Position numbers and translations under genes: made by a program
Notes under the pieces: model-generated
Told to the model about the DNA's origin: nothing
Databases searched by the model: none
The model's input: only the letters and a program-made list of their open reading frames with translations
From: Felis catus
Lineage: Eukaryota
DNA: 64,000 bases
Assembly: GCF_018350175.1 (NCBI RefSeq)
Contig: NC_058368.1
Span: forward strand, 149,112,001-149,176,000
Direction of reading: 5' to 3'
Shown: positions 24,610-36,749 of the stretch, piece by piece
Layout: every line of letters begins with the position of its first letter
How positions within the stretch are numbered: position 1 is the first letter of the stretch

Positions 24610-25090
24610 CAGAAACAGTAATGAGAGCCTAGAGAAGGACAGAGTTGAAGGATAGAAATGGGGAAAATTAACAATACGGAAAAAAATTGATGGTGATTGT
24701 GGACTGATTCAATATGGAGAGATAGTAAGGAATTAAGGAAGTCTGATGAAAAGAATATATATTAGTGCTATTAATAGAGAGACTATTTGTAAATAAAAGC
24801 TGGTCTCAAGAGAACTTGTCAGGTTCAGTGTGAAATATCTACAAAGTAGCTGAAAATACAAGACGTAACATCAGGAGAGAAGTTCCAGATATAGACAGAG
24901 AGAAAAGAACTTACCCTAGGAAAAGCACAGTGTTCTCCAACAAGGGTGGGAGGGTTAAAACAGGAGACAACTGATTTACTAGGAGAGGTAAAAAGGAAGG
25001 GAACCACTACAGTCTAAGAGTTACAAGATCTAAGAAGTGAGAATCTTTTACAAGAAAGTGGAGGAAGAAAACTACGTCAAATTCCATGCT
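24610..25090 (-). mobile_element. L2 LINE relic
   Basis: Purine-rich decayed pattern such as ttcagtgtgaaatatctacaaagtag...caggagagaagttcc. Confidence 0.5.
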
Positions 25091-26064
25091 TCATGTATAG
25101 TTTTAGCAGGGTATGTATATGTGTTCGTCTTCTGTGTAGAAAAGAGAGTGTGTGGGTATGTATATACCATATAAGCTGATGAAGATAAATATGAATCAGT
25201 TATGCTTATTACTTACTGGCTACTTTAATAAGTTATTTAGTTGCATAATGCAATAACAAAACATATTAGAAAAATTTTGGTGACCTTCATTTTCTCACCC
25301 TAACTTACTGTGGAAGGCTAAGGTTCAGCTGCAGCTCATGTTGGAAGCACCATTTGAGACATAACGAGGCTAGATCATTTTAAGATTTTGAGGACACTAA
25401 GAAAAATACCAAGCTTATCAATAACGCATTTAATGGGAAAACTAGCTTTCCAACTTTTTTGTACCTTAATTTTCAGACCTGGCAAGGTCATTTTACTTGA
25501 TTAGTAGTACTTTAAAGACAGAAAATGAAACATTCTATTTGCAGCAAAAGGAGCCTACTATATTCAATGTGTTAACATTATTCCATTAGTATAATGGGGG
25601 TTACACGTTTCAAGGAGTAAGACTACTTTGTAATAATAGGTAATTTTTTCCCATTACCCTTTAAGTAGGTTCTGTTAGTGTCTTTTCTCACCACAGTCTC
25701 TGCCCACAACAATGAATGAGAATAACAAACAATTCAAAGAATGGTAATTATAATAAAAAAGAAATATCCCTAACAACATTTTATATATTATTTCAAAGGT
25801 CTTACATTTTTATTTTTCCTTATGCAATGATTTCTTAAAAGAAAACAATTACATTTTTTAATGGTGTTTTATTTCAGCCCTTTCAAAATGGGAAGAAAAG
25901 CATGAGATAAGTATGTCTATTCCATGCATATCTAATCTGCTATTGTTTAGATAAAAGGGCACTTTTAGTTTGAAATGAAAACACCTTGATAGTAATCTTT
26001 AAATGTAGCTTTTTAAAGCAGAGTTCCAATCTTTTCTTATATCCTGAAGCATTACAGAACTCAC

Positions 26065-26096
26065 TTTTTAAACAAATTATATAGACTTGAACAGTC
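26065..26096 (-). other. Candidate 32-nt exon of an unidentified minus-strand transcript
   Basis: Acceptor tcattttctcttttctttgttaag, donor gtgagt; frames DCSSLYNLFK(K) or TVQVYIICLK open; non-repeat context. Confidence 0.45.
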
Positions 26097-26852
26097 CTTA
26101 ACAAAGAAAAGAGAAAATGACTTAAGGAATATATGTACAAATCTAGGGCTTTGAAAGATATTATTTTTTCTTTAATTGTAGATGTAAACAATATTAAGAA
26201 AATATATACATATCTTCTATTATTTTCCTGTTTTCTTTCTCTTTGCCTCTCCTTTTTTACTTTTTTGGCCTTCTCTGGTTTTCTTTTCAAAAGTCATTGT
26301 ATATGTGAATCATATAAGCATTCTTCTGATTCACAAAATTAGAAACTCTGAGATTGGCTTAGACTATTTTCCTTCAATTCACATCCCATTAGTTTTCATG
26401 TTCCATTGATTCATTACTTGAAATATCCCTAAGATTGCACCCATCTCCTCTTTTTGGAGTGGCCACTTAATGCACCACCCCAATTCACTCATTACATTCC
26501 CACTTCATTTCTTCTTGCATGGGTGCCAAACTCATCATATTACTAACCAGTTTAGAAATAATGCTTTTCATGTGTGAAAAAATAATAGCTCCTGCCATCC
26601 ATCTGATGCGCCTTATTTTTCAAATTATTGCAAAGTATATCAGCTTATTTTTACTAGAGGAAGTACACATTATTGGTCTTGTTTTAGAAATGAAGAAAAC
26701 CTACTAATAGAGGTTAACTAACTTGACCGAGGGTAGAAATTAAAATGAAGACAAATATATGACTGGAGTATAGATCCCTTGACTCCTTCACTTGGTACTC
26801 CTGCCACTTTACACGCTAAGCTCAGCCTTTAAGCTATTTATTAATCTAGTCC

Positions 26853-26860
26853 TTTTTTTT

Positions 26861-26894
<34 letters not shown>

Positions 26895-27056
26895 AAAGAG
26901 GGTAAGGCAGAGGGAGAGGGAGAGAGAGAGACTCTTAAGCAGACCCCACACCTGGTGTGGAACCCAACATGGAGCTCAATTTCATGACTGTGAGATAATG
27001 ACCTGAGCCAAAATCAAGAATCAGAGGCTTAACTGACTGAGCCACCCAGGTGCCCC
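26853..27056 (-). mobile_element. CAN-SINE (older subfamily)
   Basis: Reverse head gccacccaggtgcccc; atctagtcct on both flanks. Confidence 0.93.
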
Positions 27057-27555
27057 ATCATCTAGTCCTCTTTTACCTACTTAATAGCACTCTTGATTAT
27101 TCTCAGATATCATCCCATGAAGAGATGTTGGGGCTAACCAACAAGGGGACTAGAATGAGGAATGGACAGTAAAAACAACAGGAATACAAAAGCTCCATTT
27201 GTCATCTCTTTTGTCATCACTAGAGATGTTTACATTCAAAACAACAATTGCAGCCAGGTTTATGAGCTCAGGTATCTGAAACTGTAATATCTCTGCACGT
27301 TTGATTCTCCGTGCAGGGACAGTTGCCTGGACAAACTGGGCCTATTGACCTGGGCCACAGAGAGTTGCAATGCATGATAGCAGTGTATCACTGTAAGTGA
27401 GTGATCTGAAGGGATGGATTTCTAAGTTTATGCTGTGCTTTCACTAATTAATGTTCCAGGCAGATGCTTACCAAATTTGAGCTGAATATACAGCAATGTA
27501 TCAACACCTGGAAAAAGCCTAACTCAACAGGTGTCAGCACATGGCATGGTAGTTT

Positions 27556-27558
<3 letters not shown>

Positions 27559-27599
<41 letters not shown>

Positions 27600-27622
27600 T
27601 ACATACACACAAACACACACAC
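27559..27622. repeat. (CA)n microsatellite, compound with (TACA)
   Basis: Direct read. Confidence 0.95.
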
Positions 27623-27834
27623 TCAATGTGCTAAAATAATAGGCATGTTTGTAATTACCTTCCCTGATACTCTCTGGTGATCATTTCACTGAATGAGGAA
27701 TAAGGTTTTCAGCTCAAAATAGAAAAGATTTAAGGATGCTTTATCCCATTTATGATAAAAATTCCAGACCTGGATTAAAATTTTCTCTGACTAATAAAGA
27801 AAACATTACCTCAAAGTCTATGGACAAATACTTC

Positions 27835-28480
27835 AAAGAGTTTGGGCCAACTACAAACTTGGAAGGCATAGTTCACAAGACTGCCCTCACTTTTAACACC
27901 AACTGCAAGTTGGGATGAGTCCCAAAGTCAGCCTCAGCTTCAGTAATTCTCTAGATGAACTTACAGAACACAACAAAAGCTATTATACTCATGGTTATAG
28001 TTTATTACAAGGAAAAGATACAGTTAAACATAAGCCAAGGAAAGAAGCATATGAGGAGTCCAGGAGAAGTACCAAATGCAGACCTGCCATTATCTTTTCC
28101 CCATAGAGTCAGGAATCATTACTTTCCTGAAATTGATGTGTGATCATACAGAGAGAACGTATAAAATTTGGTAAGTTTACCAAGTTTTAATGTCCAGAGC
28201 TTTTATTGAGACTTCTTTCACATAGATAATGAATGAGTGGCCTATATTGTTGATCTCTATCTCCAGGTCATCTTAGACCAAATGATCCCAAGCCAGTTCC
28301 CTTGGGGTGGTCAGCCCCTATCCTAAGATTTTATGACTATCCAGTCATCTAAGGCCCTCAGACAAACAAAGACATTCCAAGTTGTTAAGCATAATGCTCC
28401 AAGGGCCCAGAGATTATCACTCAGAAGTTAAGAGCAAAGGCCAGACATTCTATTTTGTGAGGCCAAACTTACTACTACAC
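27835..28480 (-). mobile_element. MER21-like LTR
   Basis: cacaagactgccctcacttttaacaccaactgcaagt and gctattatactcatggttatagtttattac motifs; ends ctacaca. Confidence 0.8.
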
Positions 28481-28559
28481 AGATACTGTTGTATGAGTCA
28501 AAAAGTACATAACAAAAAGACAGGAAGAAAATGCATGAAAATATTTTTTTCAGAAAATG

Positions 28560-29100
28560 GAAATAAATATCAGACACATAAAACAAGGTCTGAAATATGA
28601 CAGCACTTAGCTAAAAATGAAACTAGCTGAAAGACAAAGCAGACATATAAAGAAAGACTCAATAGATTACAAGTACAGTTTTTAAAACCATGAGGACATT
28701 AAAAAATACTTACAAGCCCTTGAAAGTAGAACTGATATTGTTAAAAAAAATCATATGAAATGAGTGAATGAAAGCCTTCAGGAACCTAATATGTGGAAGA
28801 AGACAAATAAGAAATGAAAATAATCAGAGAAAAGACTTGGTATTAAGAATAGAGAATGGAAATCTAAAATGCAAATAATCAATGTTTTTGAAGAGTAGAA
28901 AAGATGAAACAGAGCAATTTTCACAGTAATTTTAAATTAATAAACAATAATAGATAATAGAATAAAAACAGTATGGAGCTATTATAAAAAAATAAATAAA
29001 AATTAAACAAACAAAATAACTTTGGATTTTTTAGATCAAAAAAAAAAAAAACATTACCTAAAAAAGACAATAGCAGGCTTAAATTCATCAGGAAAAATAG
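28560..29100 (+). mobile_element. Ancient L1 ORF1-region relic
   Basis: A-rich decayed coiled-coil-type sequence, for example aatctaaaatgcaaataatcaatgtttttgaagag. Confidence 0.4.
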
Positions 29101-29161
29101 AACAGCAAAGAATTCAGCTGGAAAAAATAATAAAGTTTACCTACAAAGGCTTTCAATATTC

Positions 29162-29169
29162 TTTTATTA

Positions 29170-29214
<45 letters not shown>

Positions 29215-29390
29215 TGAGAGAGAGAGAGCATAAGCAGGGGAGAGGGGCAGTGGGAGACAGAGAGACTCTAAAACAGGCTCCACGCTCAGTGCAAAGGTGG
29301 ACATGAAAGTTGATTGCACAACTTTGGGATCATGACCTGAACCAAAATCAAGAGTCAGACACTCAAACAACTGAACTACCCAGGCACCCC
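29162..29390 (-). mobile_element. CAN-SINE with (AAT)n tail
   Basis: Reverse head cccaggcacccc; tcaatatt on both flanks. Confidence 0.93.
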
Positions 29391-29545
29391 TCAATATTTT
29401 TTGCAACAATATTTTAAGAAAAAAAATATTGTATTACCTCGACCAAATTTTGAGTAAAAAATTTTGCAAAGCCAAAAACATATTCATTGTCAAATTATCA
29501 CTTATTGAAGAAGCCCAGAAAGTTGTCCTTAATAAATCAAGACTT

Positions 29546-29748
29546 GGGGCGCCTGGGTGGCGCAGTCGGTTAGGCGTCCGACTTCAGCCAGGTCACGATC
29601 TCACAGTCCGTGAGTTCAAGCCCCGCGTCGGGCTCTGGGCTAATGGCTCAGAGCCTGGAGCCTGTTTCCGATTCTGTGTCTCCCTCTCTCTCTGCCCCTC
29701 CCCCGTTCAAGCTCTGTCTCTCTCTATCCCAAAAATAAATAAACTTTG
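29546..29748 (+). mobile_element. Young feline SINE with 15-bp TSD and no poly(A) tail
   Basis: CpG-rich ggggcgcctgggtggcgcagtcgg; TSD aataaatcaagactt at 29531-29545 and 29749-29763. Confidence 0.97.
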
Positions 29749-29814
29749 AATAAATCAAGACTTAAAAACACCATCAAGAAGAGTCATCATGGAAAATTAA
29801 GAGTTTCATTTAGT

Positions 29815-30855
29815 AACACAAAAACAAATGGCCCAATTAAAAAGTGGGCAAAGGAATTGAATAGATATATGTCTAAATAAGACATACAAATGGCCAACAA
29901 GTTTATGGAAGGATGCTCAACATCACTAATCAACAGGGAAAAGAAGATCAAAATCAAAAAGATCACTTCCTACCTATCTGAATGGCTACTATAAACAATC
30001 AAACAAACAAACAAAAAAACAGAACATAAATAGTGTTGCAAAGAAGTAGAGAAATTGGAACCCTTATACACTTTTGGTGGGAATGTAGAATAGTACAGCC
30101 ATTCTACAGTATGAAAATAGTATGGAGGATCCTCAAAACATTAAAAATCAAACTTTCATGTGACCCAGCAATCCCACTTTTGAGTATATAATCCAAAAGA
30201 ATTGAAATCAGGATCTCAAAATGTATCTACATTCCCATGATCATTGCATCATTATTCAGAATAGCCAAGATATGGAAACACCTAAATGTCTATTGATGAT
30301 GAATGGATAAAGAATATGAGGTATTTAAACACAGTGGAATGTAATTCAGTGTTAAAAAAAAGAAGGAAATCCTGCCACTTGCGACAACATGATGAACCTG
30401 GAGGATATTATCCTCAGTGAAATAAGCCAGTAACAGAAAGACAAATATTGCATGTTTTTACTTACATGAAATATCTAAAATAAACAAATGCTTAGAAACA
30501 GAGAATAATGGTTGTCAGGGGCTGGGGAGATGAGGAAATGGGGAATTGTTTTTCAATGGGTAGAAAGTTTCTGTTACGCAAGTCAAGTAAGTTCTTGAAA
30601 TCTACTGTATGGCACAGTACCTATAGTTAACAATAAAGTATTGTGCACTTTACAATATGTTAAAAGAGTAGGTCTTGTATTAAGTGTTCTTACCAAAAAC
30701 AAAAACAAAAACAAAACCAATTTACAGAAGAACACAAGGAAGTTTTTAGGGGTAATGGTTGTGGTAATGGTATCATGGGATGCTTATGTCTAAGTATGTA
30801 TATATTAAATGTGTGCAAGTTTTTGTATAGCAGATATACTTCAATAAAGGAAAAA
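29815..30855 (+). mobile_element. Old eutherian L1 (L1MA/MB-like) 3' part
   Basis: ggatgctcaacatcactaatc, cccagcaatcccactttt, ends tacttcaataaag. Confidence 0.9.
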
Positions 30856-31208
30856 AGGTAAGAGTTTGAGATAAGAGAAGGTATGGTATAGAGGCAGTGA
30901 GCATTAAGCTAATTTAATCTTAGAATTGAAACTAAATAATTGTTCTAAATAAAGTTGGGATATATTATGAAAATGTTACTACAATTCTTAAAGAATATAC
31001 AAATTTGATATAATTTCTAAATAGGAAATGGTTTGAAAATTTAACCTATATCTTTAAAACAAAAGAGAGAGAGAATTAAAATATTATGATTGGTTTAAAA
31101 GGATAATTTTAATACTTAAAATGATTGAGTGTTCACCATAAGCCAAGATTGCCGTGTATTTTTCTTTAATTTCCAAAAATCTATGAGTTATTTATTATTT
31201 TCTCTATC

Positions 31209-31641
31209 TGTATTAGTTTCTTGGGTCCACCGCAACAAAATTTATCACGATTGGGTGGCTTAAAGAACCAAAATTTGTTGTCACAATTATGCATGGCAGA
31301 ATCATGGAATTGGCATGGCATGCCCCTAGGGGATCCTCTTCCAGTTTATGGTGGCTGTAAACATTTATTGACTTCTTTGGTTTGGGCCACATCTCTATTA
31401 TCGTTGCCTCTGTCTTCACATTGCCTTTTCTGTGTATTGTGATTTTTCCTTTACTGTCTTTTATAAAGACACTGTTATAAAGACATTGGGTTTAGAGCCC
31501 ACCTAGGTAATTTAGGATGATTTTATCCAAGATCCTTAATTAAATCTGCAGTGATCATTTGTCCAAATAATTTAGCATTCACAGATTCTAGGAAATAAGA
31601 CAAGGACGTATCTTTTGGGGGCTACCATTCAACCCACTACA
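31209..31641 (-). mobile_element. MaLR solo LTR (MLT1B/C-like)
   Basis: TG...CA ends tgtattagtttc / aacccactaca; 5-bp TSD ctatc/caatc. Confidence 0.9.
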
Positions 31642-31816
31642 CAATCTTACAGATGAGAGATAGCTCCAAGAATTTAACTACTCCAAAGTTGGAGATATAA
31701 ATGGCATAGGACTTTAATACATAATGTGTAATTATTTGTCTTCATCATGATACTTGAGTTTAAACACTTAAAGGAAGAATACTTTCTTAACATGACATTT
31801 AAAATAGTTTAACTAA

Positions 31817-32066
31817 GGGCAGCTTGGGTGGCTCAGTCAGTTAAGCCTTTGACTCTTACTTTCAGTTCAGGTCATGATCTCACATGGTGAGATCTCACTC
31901 ACTCATTGGTGAGTTCTAGCCCAACCCTGATTCTGGCACAGTGTTGAGAGCATGGAAGTGCCTGGCATTCTCTCTCCCTATCTTTCAGCCTTTCTGTTCC
32001 TCCCCTTCTTGTGCATCTGTTCTCTCTCTCTCTCTCTCTGTTTGTCTCAAAATAAGCATTTTTTAA
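31817..32066 (+). mobile_element. CAN-SINE (degenerate)
   Basis: gggtggctcagtcagttaagc head, CT tract. Confidence 0.9.
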
Positions 32067-32137
32067 TTACCCATTTTGTGGTTAATATAATTGTTTCAGA
32101 CTTGCAATAGGGTTTTAAAGAGAGCTATCCAAACAGT

Positions 32138-32379
32138 TTTTATTTTTTTATTTATTTTTTTATTTTTTTTCTATGTTTTTTTATTTATTTTTGGGACAGA
32201 GAGAGACAGAGCATGAACGGGGGAGGGGGCAGAGAGAGAGGGAGACACAGAATCGGAAACAGGCTCCAGGCTCTGAGCCATCAGCCCAGAGCCCGACGCG
32301 GGGCTCGAACTCACGGACCGCGAGATCGTGACCTGGCTGAAGTCGGACGCTTAACCGACTGAGCCACCCAGGCACCCCC
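32138..32379 (-). mobile_element. Young feline SINE
   Basis: CpGs intact, long T-rich tail; TSD tccaaacagt at 32128-32137 and 32380-32389. Confidence 0.97.
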
Positions 32380-33009
32380 TCCAAACAGTGTTTAAAAGAA
32401 TTCAGCATGAATATTTGTTACAAACAAATTAAAATAAATTAATAGTTTTTTATATAGTCCAGTGCTCAAAACAATTCATCTGCAACCTTTTTCTTACTAG
32501 CCTATAACAAGATAGAGTGTTCCCTCCGAAATATAAAACATAAATGAGTCCACAGCTTCTTTTATCAGGGCTGTCTTGACAAAGTCAGCTAAACTAAACT
32601 GCGTCCTTAGTTAGTTTACATTCTGTCACAAACTTCTTGTTTGGTCATCAAAAAGTAAACATTTCTCCAACTTGTACCACTCTGTGGCCCAATATTGAGT
32701 AGCAAAGCTGTAGACCAACAATGACCAAATTTAAAACCACACAATGGAAAAATTCCATTCATAGTGGTGCAAAACATAGTATCTTGGAATAAACTTAGCA
32801 AAAACTATGCAGGATATTTAGATACATCATTTCAAAAGTTTGCTGACACAAAGGAAAAATTTAATAAAGGGGGGAGAAAAAGCATGTTTCTTAAAAGAAG
32901 TCACCCCAGACTGAATTGATTGAATTGTATTCTATTAAATTTCACAAGGGCTTTAAATAAGCTAAATAAAATAATTTAAAGATTGTGCAAAATGTAAATT
33001 TATAAAAAG

Positions 33010-33350
33010 AGAAGATGGATGGTGGTGATGGTTGTACAACAATGTGAATATATTTAGTTCAACTGAACTCTACAGTTTACAAAAAAGTGCTCAAAATAGG
33101 GGCACCTGGGTGGCTCAGTCAGTTCAGCAATCGACTCTTGTTTTCAGCTCAGGTTATGATCCCAGGGTGGTGGGATCGAGCTCCACATCGGGCTCTGCAC
33201 TGAGCATAGAGCCTGCTTGAGATTCTCGCTCTCTCCCCTTCTGCCACTCTCCCCTACTCATACTTTCTCTCTCTAATATTAATTGATTAATTTAAAATGC
33301 TTAAAATGGTAAATTTTATGTTATGCACATTTTACCATAATTTGAAAAAA
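33010..33350 (+). mobile_element. Old L1 3' end interrupted by a SINE
   Basis: gatggtggtgatggttgtacaacaatgtgaat...ttaaaatggtaaattttatgttatg. Confidence 0.75.
33099..33293 (+). mobile_element. CAN-SINE (older)
   Basis: ggggcacctgggtggctcagtc; degenerate TSD tgctcaaaat/tgcttaaaat. Confidence 0.93.
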
Positions 33351-33741
33351 AAAGTAAGTTCTCAAATTCTTAGAATATTTTATGGATAATAGAGGCTATT
33401 TGACACATGTATAACATTCATCCTTGGTTGGAGATTTGCCACAACTGACTCTATCTGTTTTACCTAAGTTTTCCCATCATGGAAGGTGTCTGGAGCATTA
33501 GAGGCTACCTAAAAGCCATGAAATAAAAGCAAGAGGAAAAAGCCAATAAAATCACCAAAAATCAGTCCAAACATCAGAGTTGTATCACCAAGTGCTTCTA
33601 ATAACTATTTGGAAGCCTAATATAATACAAAGAAAACTAAAATTGCATTTGTTTAAGTAACTGAAGTTGAATGAATTCCTAAGTGATGTATGTGTATAAA
33701 ATACTTTTTGAGAAAAACTGATTTAGAAAATACTTTTCCCA

Positions 33742-33868
33742 GGGGCACATGGGTGACTCAGTCAGGTAAGCATCTGACTCTTGATTTCAGCTCAGGTCAT
33801 GATCTCACAGTTTGCCAGATTGAGCCCGGTGTAAGGCTTTGTGCTGACAGCATGGATCCTGCTTGGGA

Positions 33869-33900
<32 letters not shown>

Positions 33901-33996
33901 CCATCCTTCCCCCACTCACACTAGCACTCTCTCTCCCTCTCTCTCTCTCTCAAAATAAAATAATCAACATTAAAAAAGAAGAAGTAGAAGAAAAAA
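33742..33996 (+). mobile_element. CAN-SINE
   Basis: Head, long CT tract; TSD aaaat[a/c]cttttcc. Confidence 0.93.
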
Positions 33997-34179
33997 AAAA
34001 TCCTTTTCCAAATTTCTCCAGGGATAGAAATCACAATCTCTGCCTTTACAAAATTGAGGATTAAAGACCAGTTGCACTCTAGTGTTCTTAAAAACCATTT
34101 ATATGACTTTTCTTGCCTTTGCTCATTAATAACTTACCATAATGTACCATTAGTATATTAAAAACATTATTACCTAATA

Positions 34180-34373
34180 GAGGGATGATCAATTTTTTTC
34201 TAAAGACAGGCCACATAGGATATCTTTTAGGCTCTGCAGGTCATATGATTTTAGCATGAAAACAGCCATAGAAAATTCATAAGAATTCATGGGACAGTGT
34301 TCCAAGAAAACTTAAGTTCTAAAAATGAGTGCCAGGCCAGTTTTGGCCCAAATCCATAGGCTTCCAATTCCTG
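34180..34373. mobile_element. MER58A-like hAT MITE
   Basis: tttaggctctgcaggtcatatg...gtgttccaagaaaactt...ggccagttttggcc. Confidence 0.75.
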
Positions 34374-35234
34374 TCCTGGAGCATAAGACCAATATCTTTC
34401 TTCCTAGTTTATCCTGTTATTGTCTCCCATCTCATTTATATGTTAAGCACAGAATCTTTGATTTGAATCTAAAGGTATCACATCTTCCTTGCTTGGGTCC
34501 TACATTAATTTCTACCCTTTCATCTGTTGGTCAGAAGTCTTAAATACAGAAATCTATTGACATTTAACTATGACATCTTGGATTCCCTTTAATTTATAGA
34601 AGCTAAATTTATGTTGTCTGACATGCTGGAAGAGTTTTCTGCAAATAGTCTTAAGTATCAAACATTTAATCTTTCAAACGACAATGGAGAGTAATATATG
34701 AGCATAAATTTTATCATATTTGTTTACAGTATGGTCTGGCTGACTGTTTAAGTACCATTAATATCTCTTGTGATTTTATTTAATTCACTTTAAAATTGTG
34801 AGATAATATTAAACATTTTATGATATGTGTAAATCCATTAGGAAAACAAAAGTCTTAAGACGAACAGCTGTAAGTATTAATAGCTTCCCTTTGTAGAATT
34901 CTATTTTCCTCCTCTTATTTTCATGGGAATTGGCTCTTCTGAAAGGTGTGCTTAGTCAAGGAGTAAATAACTACCTCCAGAAACCACATAAATCTTATCT
35001 ACACCACTTACATCCTTCAGTGCTCTGGGAACCAATATATTTAAGTTCTGACCCTCAGGTCTTTATGTACTTTGTACTATCTCTGGATTTTTCCTTCCCA
35101 TCTCATTTTCTCAACTCCATGTTGAACCCTCTGATCTCTATTTAGCATTGCCGTAATGAAATCTTGCCCAGAACTTTTTCAAAAGAGATTTTACAAACTT
35201 TGAAAAAAAAATTAGTAAATAAAATGTAATTTTA

Positions 35235-35435
35235 TTTTTTTTAATGTTTATTTTGAGAGAGGGACAGAGCACAAGCAAGGGTGGGAGAGAAAGACAGGGA
35301 GACACAGAATCCAAAGCAGGCTCCAGGCTCTAAACTATCAGTGCAGAGCTTCACGCAGGGCTCGAACTCACAAATTGTGAGATCATGACCTGAGATGAAG
35401 TTGGATATTTAACTGAATGAGCCACCCAGGCGGCC
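35235..35435 (-). mobile_element. CAN-SINE
   Basis: Reverse head; gtaatttta on both flanks. Confidence 0.93.
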
Positions 35436-35634
35436 AAAAAGTAATTTTAATTGTTAAAAATGTTGTGTTCAAAAGGATAGTTTTATAAAACATTAAGAGA
35501 AAGTATATCTCCTTAAAATACAAGCATAATTAGCAAGGGAATCCAGTTGTGTTTCCTAAACTGGTAAAATCACAAAAGCAAGAAGTTCAGTATACTCCCA
35601 TATAATGATTACAAGAAATGAGCTTCAGACTTAC

Positions 35635-35678
35635 AGTGAAGCTGGATCCAGACTTTCTGCTGAAATACAACACAAGAG
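35635..35678 (-). other. Candidate small exon (44 nt; alternative acceptors give 25 or 22 nt)
   Basis: Donor gtaagt; acceptors ttattttttgtttgtag and tgttgtatttcagcag (NAGNAG). Confidence 0.35.
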
Positions 35679-36749
35679 CTACAAACAAAAAATAACTCAT
35701 GGTCAGCATATAAACATTTATTCCTGTTGGGAAACAGGTCTATGTTATATATGCAGTATAAACATCTTTTTTTTTACTTTTATGTTTTTTTAATTTAAAA
35801 AGAAATATAAAATAAATAAAATGTAAGAAATAAATTTGATTTTTCTGCAGGGAACTAAATATAAATTAGTAAAAGATAAAGCAAAATAATCAATTAAGAC
35901 AAAAGCAACACGAACATATTCTAGAGCAAATTCAGAAAGCAAATTGGTATGGAAGTGACAGTCACAAGACCACTAATATTAAATCATCTGCAGGTTAAAA
36001 TTAAATTCTTCATTAATTCTTAAGCTAGAAGCACCAATACTTAACATTGAAGCATTGATAAGAAGTACATTAGGTAAAATGACTTTGGTCTAGGTCTTGA
36101 TGTATACAAATTTTACTCTTAAGAATATTTCTAACTACTTGTTATATTTGTTACTTATGTTTAAGCTCCACTCTGAAAAATAAATTCACTGAAGTGTGAT
36201 CAGAAATCTATCAAACTTTACGTGTAAGACAGAATTTACAGGTTTCCTTTACTAAAGTCAGAGACCTGGCGGAAAATATGTGAACCCTCAAAATCTGTAT
36301 GGAGATTGCTTGGATGGAAATACTTAGAACTACTGGACCCCAGATTTCTGAAATACTCCAGGCCAGCAAAAGTGGCCCTCCCGAGCACTGAAAGAGAGTA
36401 GCCTCCAATTGGCTAGAGACTTTGATAATTAGACATTTCTCTCATTTTTGTCACCTTTCTGAAAACAATTTTTCTCATTGTTATTTAGGAGAAAAGGGAG
36501 ACTTGATGAACATATTCAAAAAGACTTTCACCTCAGGGGAACAATTTGAAGACAGGCAAAGGGAACAAAACAAATTATCATGGAGAAATTATAAGGCAAT
36601 CAAGAAAGGCAGTTTGACAAAAGCAAGTCAAACCCAAATACAGTTTTAGTAAAGACTATATAGCAAACTCTCTGATGTGGGCACATCCCTTAGGATTTCT
36701 TTGATCCTTTCAATAATCCTACCTTGCCTCTTCCTTGTGCATAGCTTTT

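Noticed and set aside
25940..26290. 116-aa minus-strand ORF as a whole gene
   Set aside because: Low-complexity, non-ATG start and runs through intron-like pyrimidine tracts; only the 32-nt internal segment is retained as a candidate
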